A stretch of 64,000 nucleotides of DNA, from assembly GCA_025594325.1 (NCBI GenBank), contig JANHCV010000013.1, positions 1 through 64,000 of the forward strand. The letters run 5' to 3'. The DNA comes from Blastocladiella emersonii ATCC 22665. Taxonomy: Eukaryota > Fungi > Blastocladiomycota. Below, piece after piece: positions 6,301 through 21,300 of this stretch. Under the pieces are notes generated by a model, which worked only from the letters and a program-made list of their open reading frames with translations, was not told where the DNA came from and did not search any database. Position numbers and translations under genes: made by a program. How positions within the stretch are numbered: the first letter of the stretch is position 1; every line of letters starts with the position of its first letter.

Positions 6301-9300
6301 ACGCGGCGGGCGTTGGAGACAGGGTAGGTAGGTAGGTAGCAGCAGCAGCAGCAAGGAGCAGGACCTGGCTGGCAAACAACACAAGTGAAGGCGTGCGTGA
6401 TGGAGTGAGAGAGTGTTGAATGAATGGATGGGTGGATGCGATGCAGACCAGCATACGTGTCGTGCGTCGTCCGGATTGGTCGGCGACCACCCGCCAATCC
6501 TGCGGCATGGCTGTGGGGGCGGCAGTGGTGGTAGTGGAGCTAGAGTGGTGTCGTGGGGCTGGTGGGGTCCCCTCTCCTTCCTGTCTCGCCTAGGTGGGTG
6601 GGCGGACGTAGCGCGCATGCGGGCGGGCAAGGTAGGAACGTTGTTCAAGCAATGGATCATGTACTTTATGGCATGTGATCTGCAAGACAGGGAGGGGGAG
6701 CGACTGTGTCTAATTTTGACCGAGGGACCTTGCTGCAGCCAACGTCTGGCCCAATCCGACCCTCCACAAATCGCAACATGCACGAAACAAATTAGCTGAC
6801 GTTTGGGATGTACCAAACCAGCCACGTAGATAATTTTCATGGTACTCAAACAAGACCATACTCAAATCTTTGACTTCCTGCATGTCCAGCTAGCCAGGCT
6901 TCTGTAAATCACATTAATGACGCAACAAAATATCTGGCCATAAAAATATTGTAAACCAGCCACTCTGGCAATTGTCATGGCACTCAAACAAAACCATATT
7001 CAAATCTTCGACTTCCCGCATGCCCATGTGGGCAAGAACCTATAAATCACAGTATCGAACCAACAAAATATCTGACCATAGAAACATAGTATACCAGCCA
7101 CGAGGACAATTGTCATGGTACTCAAACAAAACCATATTCAAATCTTTGACTATTCACATGTCTAGCTGGTTGGCGACCCATAAATCGTAACATTGGAGCA
7201 ACAAAATATCTGACCACGGAAATACAGTAAACAAGCCCCGGAGATAATTGTCATGGTTCTCAAACAAAACCATATTCAGATCTTTGAATACCCCATGTCC
7301 AGGTGGTTGGGGGCCCAGAAATCGTAACATCGAACCAACAAAATATTTGACCATAGAAATATACTAAACCAGCCACGTACGTAATTGTCGCGTTACTTAA
7401 ACAAAACCATACTCAAAACTTTGACTTCCCGCATGTTCACCTAGCCAGGTACCCATAAATCACAGTATCGAGCCAACAAAAGATCTGACAATGGAAATAT
7501 AGTAAACCGGCCGCGGAGAGAATTCTCATGGTACTCAAATGAAACCATACTCAAATCTATGACTTCCCACATGTCCAGCTGGTTGAGGACCCATAAATCG
7601 TAACGTCAAAGCAACAATGTATCTGACCATGGGAATATAGTAAACGAGCCCCGGAGATAATTGTCATGGTACGCAAACAAAACCATACTCAAGTCTATGC
7701 CTTCCCACATGTCCAGCTGGTTGGGGATCCATAAATCCCAGTATCGAACCAACAAGATATCTGACCATTGGACTATATGTAACCGATCCCGTAGGTAATT
7801 GTCATGATACCCAAACAAAACCATATTCAAATCTTTCACATCCCGCATGTCCAGCTAGCCAGGGACCCATAAATCACAGTATCCAACCAACAAAGTATCT
7901 GACCAAAGAAAGATCATAAACCAGCCACGCAGATAATTGTCATGGTATTCAAACAAAACCATACTCAAATCTTCGAATACCCGATGTCCAGGTGGGCAAG
8001 GGCCTATACATCACAGTGTTGAACCAACAAAGTATCTGACGATCGGGATGTATCAAACCGGCCATGCTGATAATTGTCATGGTACTCAAACATAATCATA
8101 GTCAAGTCTTCGAATATCCTCACGTCCACGTGGGCAAGGACCCAAAGCGCCAGGTATCCAAATCTACCCCGTTGTGCACACTCTCCATTATCCAAGTCTG
8201 TCATCCTACAATTTTGGAACCCGTCGGCAAAGCTCACGGTCCAATCAACGAACAACAGCCAACCTGCCAACCTGGCTACCTACCTGCCTACCTGCCTAGC
8301 TGGCTATCTGCCTACCTGCAAACCTGCCAACCTGCCCTACCTGCTAACCAAACACACACACCGCCTCGCAAGTCCTTGTGGGCCCGCGCTCTCTGGTTGC
8401 CGTCCCAGCCAACAAAGGAATGAATGATGAGCCCTGGCAGCCTGGCAGCCTGCCACACTGACAGCCTGGCAGCCTGCCACACTGACAGCCTGACAGCGCC
8501 CACCCAGTAGTTATTAGCTACCTCGTATGTCGTCTGAGAGGGGTTCAGCAGTCAATATACGACTGGTCTCCTCCTGGCTGGCAGCTCTGCTGTCCACTCC
8601 AAGTCCTGCATGATGATGGGCCAAGGAGGGTTACGAGCAGCTCCTCTGTCTATCCGCGTGAAACCACTCACCCGCTGACGGATGTACACCACGCACCGTG
8701 CAGCGCGCACAGCGCACAGCGCCCAACGCACCACGCGCTGCGCACACGGCGCAAACGGCCACCCTGGTGACACGCACACTCGCATGAACGGCAGGCATGC
8801 AAGGCGTCCTGAACTCAACGATGATATATCGTCTAGGTCTGCTCGCTCCAACGGGTGCGCCTGCCTGCCCTCCCTGTGCCATGGATTGATTGATTCATGT
8901 CCAGTGCTGCCCCCATGCTTGCTTTCATGGCCGCGGGGTCCGTCAGGACGCCTTGCAATGGGTGCGCCAACCCCTGTTGCCAGCCATGTGGCAAGAAACA
9001 CCACAGCACCTGCGTCGCCCTGGCCACCGTACCTTGCAAACAGCGTAGCAGCCGTACTGCTTCAGAGGGCTGCAGAGGGCTGGCTGCGGAGGGCTGAGGC
9101 GGCAGGGCTCCTCCTGCAGGAGACAGTGCTGGGGCCAAGGAGTTAGTGCTAGGGACTACTAACTGAATGGTGAATGACCCACACACCACATGCTCCTGGC
9201 AGGAGTGCGTGTGGGCGCGTGGGCCTGTGTCCGTGCGTGCCTGGATTAGTCCTCCATCACAAGTGACCAAGGTGACCAAGGTGACCAAGGTGACCAAGGT

Positions 9301-12300
9301 GACCAAGGTGACATGCAAGCACCAAGTTAGAGCGGCGGGGCAGCCATGGAAAGAAGGGCACAGGTACAAACTACCGTACCCTGGCCGCGGCCACTAGTCG
9401 CAGAACAGCCCTGCATGGCTCAGGACGCGGCGGGCGTTGGAGACAGGGTAGGTAGGTAGGTAGCAGCAGCAGCAGCAAGGAGCAGGACCTGGCTGGCAAA
9501 CAACACAAGTGAAGGCGTGCGTGATGGAGTGAGAGAGTGTTGAATGAATGGATGGGTGGATGCGATGCAGACCAGCATACGTGTCGTGCGTCGTCCGGAT
9601 TGGTCGGCGACCACCCGCCAATCCTGCGGCATGGCTGTGGGGGCGGCAGTGGTGGTAGTGGAGCTAGAGTGGTGTCGTGGGGCTGGTGGGGTCCCCTCTC
9701 CTTCCTGTCTCGCCTAGGTGGGTGGGCGGACGTAGCGCGCATGCGGGCGGGCAAGGTAGGAACGTTGTTCAAGCAATGGATCATGTACTTTATGGCATGT
9801 GATCTGCAAGACAGGGAGGGGGAGCGACTGTGTCTAATTTTGACCGAGGGACCTTGCTGCAGCCAACGTCTGGCCCAATCCGACCCTCCACAAATCGCAA
9901 CATGCACGAAACAAATTAGCTGACGTTTGGGATGTACCAAACCAGCCACGTAGATAATTTTCATGGTACTCAAACAAGACCATACTCAAATCTTTGACTT
10001 CCTGCATGTCCAGCTAGCCAGGCTTCTGTAAATCACATTAATGACGCAACAAAATATCTGGCCATAAGAATATTGTAAACCAGCCACTCTGGCAATTGTC
10101 ATGGCACTCAAACAAAACCATATTCAAATCTTCGACTTCCCGCATGCCCATGTGGGCAAGGACCTATAAATCACAGTATCGAACCAACAAAATATCTGAC
10201 CATAGAAACATAGTATACCAGCCACGAGGACAATTGTCATGGTACTCAAACAAAACCATATTCAAATCTTTGACTATTCACATGTCTAGCTGGTTGGCGA
10301 CCCATAAATCGTAACATTGGAGCAACAAAATATCTGACCACGGAAATACAGTAAACAAGCCCCGGAGATAATTGTCATGGTTCTCAAACAAAACCATATT
10401 CAGATCTTTGAATACCCCATGTCCAGGTGGTTGGGGGCCCAGAAATCGTAACATCGAACCAACAAAATATTTGACCATAGAAATATACTAAACCAGCCAC
10501 GTACGTAATTGTCGCGTTACTTAAACAAAACCATACTCAAAACTTTGACTTCCCGCATGTTCACCTAGCCAGGTACCCATAAATCACAGTATCGAGCCAA
10601 CAAAAGATCTGACAATGGAAATATAGTAAACCGGCCGCGGAGAGAATTCTCATGGTACTCAAATGAAACCATACTCAAATCTATGACTTCCCACATGTCC
10701 AGCTGGTTGAGGACCCATAAATCGTAACGTCAAAGCAACAATGTATCTGACCATGGGAATATAGTAAACGAGCCCCGGAGATAATTGTCATGGTACGCAA
10801 ACAAAACCATACTCAAGTCTATGCCTTCCCACATGTCCAGCTGGTTGGGGATCCATAAATCCCAGTATCGAACCAACAAGATATCTGACCATTGGACTAT
10901 ATGTAACCGATCCCGTAGGTAATTGTCATGATACCCAAACAAAACCATATTCAAATCTTTCACATCCCGCATGTCCAGCTAGCCAGGGACCCATAAATCA
11001 CAGTATCCAACCAACAAAGTATCTGACCAAAGAAAGATCATAAACCAGCCACGCAGATAATTGTCATGGTATTCAAACAAAACCATACTCAAATCTTCGA
11101 ATACCCGATGTCCAGGTGGGCAAGGGCCTATACATCACAGTGTTGAACCAACAAAGTATCTGACGATCGGGATGTATCAAACCGGCCATGCTGATAATTG
11201 TCATGGTACTCAAACATAATCATAGTCAAGTCTTCGAATATCCTCACGTCCACGTGGGCAAGGACCCAAAGCGCCAGGTATCCAAATCTACCCCGTTGTG
11301 CACACTCTCCATTATCCAAGTCTGTCATCCTACAATTTTGGAACCCGTCGGCAAAGCTCACGGTCCAATCAACGAACAACAGCCAACCTGCCAACCTGGC
11401 TACCTACCTGCCTACCTGCCTAGCTGGCTATCTGCCTACCTGCAAACCTGCCAACCTGCCCTACCTGCTAACCAAACACACACACCGCCTCGCAAGTCCT
11501 TGTGGGCCCGCGCTCTCTGGTTGCCGTCCCAGCCAACAAAGGAATGAATGATGAGCCCTGGCAGCCTGGCAGCCTGCCACACTGACAGCCTGGCAGCCTG
11601 CCACACTGACAGCCTGGCAGCCTGCCACACTGACAGCCTGACAGCGCCCACCCAGTAGTTATTAGCTACCTCGTATGTCGTCTGAGAGGGGTTCAGCAGT
11701 CAATATACGACTGGTCTCCTCCTGGCTGGCAGCTCTGCTGTCCACTCCAAGTCCTGCATGATGATGGGCCAAGGAGGGTTACGAGCAGCTCCTCTGTCTA
11801 TCCGCGTGAAACCACTCACCCGCTGACGGATGTACACCACGCACCGTGCAGCGCGCACAGCGCACAGCGCCCAACGCACCACGCGCTGCGCACACGGCGC
11901 AAACGGCCACCCTGGTGACACGCACACTCGCATGAACGGCAGGCATGCAAGGCGTCCTGAACTCAACGATGATATATCGTCTAGGTCTGCTCGCTCCAAC
12001 GGGTGCGCCTGCCTGCCCTCCCTGTGCCATGGATTGATTGATTCATGTCCAGTGCTGCCCCCATGCTTGCTTTCATGGCCGCGGGGTCCGTCAGGACGCC
12101 TTGCAATGGGTGCGCCAACCCCTGTTGCCAGCCATGTGGCAAGAAACACCACAGCACCTGCGTCGCCCTGGCCACCGTACCTTGCAAACAGCGTAGCAGC
12201 CGTACTGCTTCAGAGGGCTGCAGAGGGCTGGCTGCGGAGGGCTGAGGCGGCAGGGCTCCTCCTGCAGGAGACAGTACTGGGGCCAAGGAGTTAGTGCTAG

Positions 12301-15300
12301 GGACTACTAACTGAATGGTGAATGACCCACACACCACATGCTCCTGGCAGGAGTGCGTGTGGGCGCGTGGGCCTGTGTCCGTGCGTGCCTGGATTAGTCC
12401 TCCATCACAAGTGACCAAGGTGACCAAGGTGACCAAGGTGACCAAGGTGACCAAGGTGACATGCAAGCACCAAGTTAGAGCGGCGGGGCAGCCATGGAAA
12501 GAAGGGCACAGGTACAAACTACCGTACCCTGGCCGCGGCCACTTGTCGCAGAACAGCCCTGCATGGCTCAGGACGCGGCGGGCGTTGGAGACAGGGTAGG
12601 TAGGTAGGTAGCAGCAGCAGCAGCAAGGAGCAGGACCTGGCTGGCAAACAACACAAGTGAAGGCGTGCGTGATGGAGTGAGAGAGTGTTGAATGAATGGA
12701 TGGGTGGATGCGATGCAGACCAGCATACGTGTCGTGCGTCGTCCGGATTGGTCGGCGACCACCCGCCAATCCTGCGGCATGGCTGTGGGGGCGGCAGTGG
12801 TGGTAGTGGAGCTAGAGTGGTGTCGTGGGGCTGGTGGGGTCCCCTCTCCTTCCTGTCTCGCCTAGGTGGGTGGGCGGACGTAGCGCGCATGCGGGCGGGC
12901 AAGGTAGGAACGTTGTTCAAGCAATGGATCATGTACTTTATGGCATGTGATCTGCAAGACAGGGAGGGGGAGCGACTGTGTCTAATTTTGACCGAGGGAC
13001 CTTGCTGCAGCCAACGTCTGGCCCAATCCGACCCTCCACAAATCGCAACATGCACGAAACAAATTAGCTGACGTTTGGGATGTACCAAACCAGCCACGTA
13101 GATAATTTTCATGGTACTCAAACAAGACCATACTCAAATCTTTGACTTCCTGCATGTCCAGCTAGCCAGGCTTCTGTAAATCACATTAATGACGCAACAA
13201 AATATCTGGCCATAAAAATATTGTAAACCAGCCACTCTGGCAATTGTCATGGCACTCAAACAAAACCATATTCAAATCTTCGACTTCCCGCATGCCCATG
13301 TGGGCAAGAACCTATAAATCACAGTATCGAACCAACAAAATATCTGACCATAGAAACATAGTATACCAGCCACGAGGACAATTGTCATGGTACTCAAACA
13401 AAACCATATTCAAATCTTTGACTATTCACATGTCTAGCTGGTTGGCGACCCATAAATCGTAACATTGGAGCAACAAAATATCTGACCACGGAAATACAGT
13501 AAACAAGCCCCGGAGATAATTGTCATGGTTCTCAAACAAAACCATATTCAGATCTTTGAATACCCCATGTCCAGGTGGTTGGGGGCCCAGAAATCGTAAC
13601 ATCGAACCAACAAAATATTTGACCATAGAAATATACTAAACCAGCCACGTACGTAATTGTCGCGTTACTTAAACAAAACCATACTCAAAACTTTGACTTC
13701 CCGCATGTTCACCTAGCCAGGTACCCATAAATCACAGTATCGAGCCAACAAAAGATCTGACAATGGAAATATAGTAAACCGGCCGCGGAGAGAATTCTCA
13801 TGGTACTCAAATGAAACCATACTCAAATCTATGACTTCCCACATGTCCAGCTGGTTGAGGACCCATAAATCGTAACGTCAAAGCAACAATGTATCTGACC
13901 ATGGGAATATAGTAAACGAGCCCCGGAGATAATTGTCATGGTACGCAAACAAAACCATACTCAAGTCTATGCCTTCCCACATGTCCAGCTGGTTGGGGAT
14001 CCATAAATCCCAGTATCGAACCAACAAGATATCTGACCATTGGACTATATGTAACCGATCCCGTAGGTAATTGTCATGATACCCAAACAAAACCATATTC
14101 AAATCTTTCACATCCCGCATGTCCAGCTAGCCAGGGACCCATAAATCACAGTATCCAACCAACAAAGTATCTGACCAAAGAAAGATCATAAACCAGCCAC
14201 GCAGATAATTGTCATGGTATTCAAACAAAACCATACTCAAATCTTCGAATACCCGATGTCCAGGTGGGCAAGGGCCTATACATCACAGTGTTGAACCAAC
14301 AAAGTATCTGACGATCGGGATGTATCAAACCGGCCATGCTGATAATTGTCATGGTACTCAAACATAATCATAGTCAAGTCTTCGAATATCCTCACGTCCA
14401 CGTGGGCAAGGACCCAAAGCGCCAGGTATCCAAATCTACCCCGTTGTGCACACTCTCCATTATCCAAGTCTGTCATCCTACAATTTTGGAACCCGTCGGC
14501 AAAGCTCACGGTCCAATCAACGAACAACAGCCAACCTGCCAACCTGGCTACCTACCTGCCTACCTGCCTAGCTGGCTATCTGCCTACCTGCAAACCTGCC
14601 AACCTGCCCTACCTGCTAACCAAACACACACACCGCCTCGCAAGTCCTTGTGGGCCCGCGCTCTCTGGTTGCCGTCCCAGCCAACAAAGGAATGAATGAT
14701 GAGCCCTGGCAGCCTGGCAGCCTGCCACACTGACAGCCTGGCAGCCTGCCACACTGACAGCCTGACAGCGCCCACCCAGTAGTTATTAGCTACCTCGTAT
14801 GTCGTCTGAGAGGGGTTCAGCAGTCAATATACGACTGGTCTCCTCCTGGCTGGCAGCTCTGCTGTCCACTCCAAGTCCTGCATGATGATGGGCCAAGGAG
14901 GGTTACGAGCAGCTCCTCTGTCTATCCGCGTGAAACCACTCACCCGCTGACGGATGTACACCACGCACCGTGCAGCGCGCACAGCGCACAGCGCCCAACG
15001 CACCACGCGCTGCGCACACGGCGCAAACGGCCACCCTGGTGACACGCACACTCGCATGAACGGCAGGCATGCAAGGCGTCCTGAACTCAACGATGATATA
15101 TCGTCTAGGTCTGCTCGCTCCAACGGGTGCGCCTGCCTGCCCTCCCTGTGCCATGGATTGATTGATTCATGTCCAGTGCTGCCCCCATGCTTGCTTTCAT
15201 GGCCGCGGGGTCCGTCAGGACGCCTTGCAATGGGTGCGCCAACCCCTGTTGCCAGCCATGTGGCAAGAAACACCACAGCACCTGCGTCGCCCTGGCCACC

Positions 15301-18300
15301 GTACCTTGCAAACAGCGTAGCAGCCGTACTGCTTCAGAGGGCTGCAGAGGGCTGGCTGCGGAGGGCTGAGGCGGCAGGGCTCCTCCTGCAGGAGACAGTG
15401 CTGGGGCCAAGGAGTTAGTGCTAGGGACTACTAACTGAATGGTGAATGACCCACACACCACATGCTCCTGGCAGGAGTGCGTGTGGGCGCGTGGGCCTGT
15501 GTCCGTGCGTGCCTGGATTAGTCCTCCATCACAAGTGACCAAGGTGACCAAGGTGACCAAGGTGACCAAGGTGACCAAGGTGACATGCAAGCACCAAGTT
15601 AGAGCGGCGGGGCAGCCATGGAAAGAAGGGCACAGGTACAAACTACCGTACCCTGGCCGCGGCCACTAGTCGCAGAACAGCCCTGCATGGCTCAGGACGC
15701 GGCGGGCGTTGGAGACAGGGTAGGTAGGTAGGTAGCAGCAGCAGCAGCAAGGAGCAGGACCTGGCTGGCAAACAACACAAGTGAAGGCGTGCGTGATGGA
15801 GTGAGAGAGTGTTGAATGAATGGATGGGTGGATGCGATGCAGACCAGCATACGTGTCGTGCGTCGTCCGGATTGGTCGGCGACCACCCGCCAATCCTGCG
15901 GCATGGCTGTGGGGGCGGCAGTGGTGGTAGTGGAGCTAGAGTGGTGTCGTGGGGCTGGTGGGGTCCCCTCTCCTTCCTGTCTCGCCTAGGTGGGTGGGCG
16001 GACGTAGCGCGCATGCGGGCGGGCAAGGTAGGAACGTTGTTCAAGCAATGGATCATGTACTTTATGGCATGTGATCTGCAAGACAGGGAGGGGGAGCGAC
16101 TGTGTCTAATTTTGACCGAGGGACCTTGCTGCAGCCAACGTCTGGCCCAATCCGACCCTCCACAAATCGCAACATGCACGAAACAAATTAGCTGACGTTT
16201 GGGATGTACCAAACCAGCCACGTAGATAATTTTCATGGTACTCAAACAAGACCATACTCAAATCTTTGACTTCCTGCATGTCCAGCTAGCCAGGCTTCTG
16301 TAAATCACATTAATGACGCAACAAAATATCTGGCCATAAGAATATTGTAAACCAGCCACTCTGGCAATTGTCATGGCACTCAAACAAAACCATATTCAAA
16401 TCTTCGACTTCCCGCATGCCCATGTGGGCAAGGACCTATAAATCACAGTATCGAACCAACAAAATATCTGACCATAGAAACATAGTATACCAGCCACGAG
16501 GACAATTGTCATGGTACTCAAACAAAACCATATTCAAATCTTTGACTATTCACATGTCTAGCTGGTTGGCGACCCATAAATCGTAACATTGGAGCAACAA
16601 AATATCTGACCACGGAAATACAGTAAACAAGCCCCGGAGATAATTGTCATGGTTCTCAAACAAAACCATATTCAGATCTTTGAATACCCCATGTCCAGGT
16701 GGTTGGGGGCCCAGAAATCGTAACATCGAACCAACAAAATATTTGACCATAGAAATATACTAAACCAGCCACGTACGTAATTGTCGCGTTACTTAAACAA
16801 AACCATACTCAAAACTTTGACTTCCCGCATGTTCACCTAGCCAGGTACCCATAAATCACAGTATCGAGCCAACAAAAGATCTGACAATGGAAATATAGTA
16901 AACCGGCCGCGGAGAGAATTCTCATGGTACTCAAATGAAACCATACTCAAATCTATGACTTCCCACATGTCCAGCTGGTTGAGGACCCATAAATCGTAAC
17001 GTCAAAGCAACAATGTATCTGACCATGGGAATATAGTAAACGAGCCCCGGAGATAATTGTCATGGTACGCAAACAAAACCATACTCAAGTCTATGCCTTC
17101 CCACATGTCCAGCTGGTTGGGGATCCATAAATCCCAGTATCGAACCAACAAGATATCTGACCATTGGACTATATGTAACCGATCCCGTAGGTAATTGTCA
17201 TGATACCCAAACAAAACCATATTCAAATCTTTCACATCCCGCATGTCCAGCTAGCCAGGGACCCATAAATCACAGTATCCAACCAACAAAGTATCTGACC
17301 AAAGAAAGATCATAAACCAGCCACGCAGATAATTGTCATGGTATTCAAACAAAACCATACTCAAATCTTCGAATACCCGATGTCCAGGTGGGCAAGGGCC
17401 TATACATCACAGTGTTGAACCAACAAAGTATCTGACGATCGGGATGTATCAAACCGGCCATGCTGATAATTGTCATGGTACTCAAACATAATCATAGTCA
17501 AGTCTTCGAATATCCTCACGTCCACGTGGGCAAGGACCCAAAGCGCCAGGTATCCAAATCTACCCCGTTGTGCACACTCTCCATTATCCAAGTCTGTCAT
17601 CCTACAATTTTGGAACCCGTCGGCAAAGCTCACGGTCCAATCAACGAACAACAGCCAACCTGCCAACCTGGCTACCTACCTGCCTACCTGCCTAGCTGGC
17701 TATCTGCCTACCTGCAAACCTGCCAACCTGCCCTACCTGCTAACCAAACACACACACCGCCTCGCAAGTCCTTGTGGGCCCGCGCTCTCTGGTTGCCGTC
17801 CCAGCCAACAAAGGAATGAATGATGAGCCCTGGCAGCCTGGCAGCCTGCCACACTGACAGCCTGGCAGCCTGCCACACTGACAGCCTGGCAGCCTGCCAC
17901 ACTGACAGCCTGACAGCGCCCACCCAGTAGTTATTAGCTACCTCGTATGTCGTCTGAGAGGGGTTCAGCAGTCAATATACGACTGGTCTCCTCCTGGCTG
18001 GCAGCTCTGCTGTCCACTCCAAGTCCTGCATGATGATGGGCCAAGGAGGGTTACGAGCAGCTCCTCTGTCTATCCGCGTGAAACCACTCACCCGCTGACG
18101 GATGTACACCACGCACCGTGCAGCGCGCACAGCGCACAGCGCCCAACGCACCACGCGCTGCGCACACGGCGCAAACGGCCACCCTGGTGACACGCACACT
18201 CGCATGAACGGCAGGCATGCAAGGCGTCCTGAACTCAACGATGATATATCGTCTAGGTCTGCTCGCTCCAACGGGTGCGCCTGCCTGCCCTCCCTGTGCC

Positions 18301-21300
18301 ATGGATTGATTGATTCATGTCCAGTGCTGCCCCCATGCTTGCTTTCATGGCCGCGGGGTCCGTCAGGACGCCTTGCAATGGGTGCGCCAACCCCTGTTGC
18401 CAGCCATGTGGCAAGAAACACCACAGCACCTGCGTCGCCCTGGCCACCGTACCTTGCAAACAGCGTAGCAGCCGTACTGCTTCAGAGGGCTGCAGAGGGC
18501 TGGCTGCGGAGGGCTGAGGCGGCAGGGCTCCTCCTGCAGGAGACAGTGCTGGGGCCAAGGAGTTAGTGCTAGGGACTACTAACTGAATGGTGAATGACCC
18601 ACACACCACATGCTCCTGGCAGGAGTGCGTGTGGGCGCGTGGGCCTGTGTCCGTGCGTGCCTGGATTAGTCCTCCATCACAAGTGACCAAGGTGACCAAG
18701 GTGACCAAGGTGACCAAGGTGACCAAGGTGACATGCAAGCACCAAGTTAGAGCGGCGGGGCAGCCATGGAAAGAAGGGCACAGGTACAAACTACCGTACC
18801 CTGGCCGCGGCCACTTGTCGCAGAACAGCCCTGCATGGCTCAGGACGCGGCGGGCGTTGGAGACAGGGTAGGTAGGTAGGTAGCAGCAGCAGCAGCAAGG
18901 AGCAGGACCTGGCTGGCAAACAACACAAGTGAAGGCGTGCGTGATGGAGTAAGAGAGTGTTGAATGAATGGATGGGTGGATGCGATGCAGACCAGCATAC
19001 GTGTCGTGCGTCGTCCGGATTGGTCGGCGACCACCCGCCAATCCTGCGGCATGGCTGTGGGGGCGGCAGTGGTGGTAGTGGAGCTAGAGTGGTGTCGTGG
19101 GGCTGGTGGGGTCCCCTCTCCTTCCTGTCTCGCCTAGGTGGGTGGGCGGACGTAGCGCGCATGCGGGCGGGCAAGGTAGGAACGTTGTTCAAGCAATGGA
19201 TCATGTACTTTATGGCATGTGATCTGCAAGACAGGGAGGGGGAGCGACTGTGTCTAATTTTGACCGAGGGACCTTGCTGCAGCCAACGTCTGGCCCAATC
19301 CGACCCTCCACAAATCGCAACATGCACGAAACAAATTAGCTGACGTTTGGGATGTACCAAACCAGCCACGTAGATAATTTTCATGGTACTCAAACAAGAC
19401 CATACTCAAATCTTTGACTTCCTGCATGTCCAGCTAGCCAGGCTTCTGTAAATCACATTAATGACGCAACAAAATATCTGGCCATAAGAATATTGTAAAC
19501 CAGCCACTCTGGCAATTGTCATGGCACTCAAACAAAACCATATTCAAATCTTCGACTTCCCGCATGCCCATGTGGGCAAGGACCTATAAATCACAGTATC
19601 GAACCAACAAAATATCTGACCATAGAAACATAGTATACCAGCCACGAGGACAATTGTCATGGTACTCAAACAAAACCATATTCAAATCTTTGACTATTCA
19701 CATGTCTAGCTGGTTGGCGACCCATAAATCGTAACATTGGAGCAACAAAATATCTGACCACGGAAATACAGTAAACAAGCCCCGGAGATAATTGTCATGG
19801 TTCTCAAACAAAACCATATTCAGATCTTTGAATACCCCATGTCCAGGTGGTTGGGGGCCCAGAAATCGTAACATCGAACCAACAAAATATTTGACCATAG
19901 AAATATACTAAACCAGCCACGTACGTAATTGTCGCGTTACTTAAACAAAACCATACTCAAAACTTTGACTTCCCGCATGTTCACCTAGCCAGGTACCCAT
20001 AAATCACAGTATCGAGCCAACAAAAGATCTGACAATGGAAATATAGTAAACCGGCCGCGGAGAGAATTCTCATGGTACTCAAATGAAACCATACTCAAAT
20101 CTATGACTTCCCACATGTCCAGCTGGTTGAGGACCCATAAATCGTAACGTCAAAGCAACAATGTATCTGACCATGGGAATATAGTAAACGAGCCCCGGAG
20201 ATAATTGTCATGGTACGCAAACAAAACCATACTCAAGTCTATGCCTTCCCACATGTCCAGCTGGTTGGGGATCCATAAATCCCAGTATCGAACCAACAAG
20301 ATATCTGACCATTGGACTATATGTAACCGATCCCGTAGGTAATTGTCATGATACCCAAACAAAACCATATTCAAATCTTTCACATCCCGCATGTCCAGCT
20401 AGCCAGGGACCCATAAATCACAGTATCCAACCAACAAAGTATCTGACCAAAGAAAGATCATAAACCAGCCACGCAGATAATTGTCATGGTATTCAAACAA
20501 AACCATACTCAAATCTTCGAATACCCGATGTCCAGGTGGGCAAGGGCCTATACATCACAGTGTTGAACCAACAAAGTATCTGACGATCGGGATGTATCAA
20601 ACCGGCCATGCTGATAATTGTCATGGTACTCAAACATAATCATAGTCAAGTCTTCGAATATCCTCACGTCCACGTGGGCAAGGACCCAAAGCGCCAGGTA
20701 TCCAAATCTACCCCGTTGTGCACACTCTCCATTATCCAAGTCTGTCATCCTACAATTTTGGAACCCGTCGGCAAAGCTCACGGTCCAATCAACGAACAAC
20801 AGCCAACCTGCCAACCTGGCTACCTACCTGCCTACCTGCCTAGCTGGCTATCTGCCTACCTGCAAACCTGCCAACCTGCCCTACCTGCTAACCAAACACA
20901 CACACCGCCTCGCAAGTCCTTGTGGGCCCGCGCTCTCTGGTTGCCGTCCCAGCCAACAAAGGAATGAATGATGAGCCCTGGCAGCCTGGCAGCCTGCCAC
21001 ACTGACAGCCTGGCAGCCTGCCACACTGACAGCCTGACAGCGCCCACCCAGTAGTTATTAGCTACCTCGTATGTCGTCTGAGAGGGGTTCAGCAGTCAAT
21101 ATACGACTGGTCTCCTCCTGGCTGGCAGCTCTGCTGTCCACTCCAAGTCCTGCATGATGATGGGCCAAGGAGGGTTACGAGCAGCTCCTCTGTCTATCCG
21201 CGTGAAACCACTCACCCGCTGACGGATGTACACCACGCACCGTGCAGCGCGCACAGCGCACAGCGCCCAACGCACCACGCGCTGCGCACACGGCGCAAAC

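Larger units (their letters stand above)
1..18547. repeat. Dimeric higher-order repeat of 6272 bp (short + long unit), about 3 copies
   Basis: U1, U3 and U5 share private alleles (A at unit offsets 672 and 765, 2 VNTR copies, final base A). U2 and U4 share 3 VNTR copies, A at positions 6004 and 12276, and final base T. U6 matches U2/U4 except at 18548. Confidence 0.9.
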
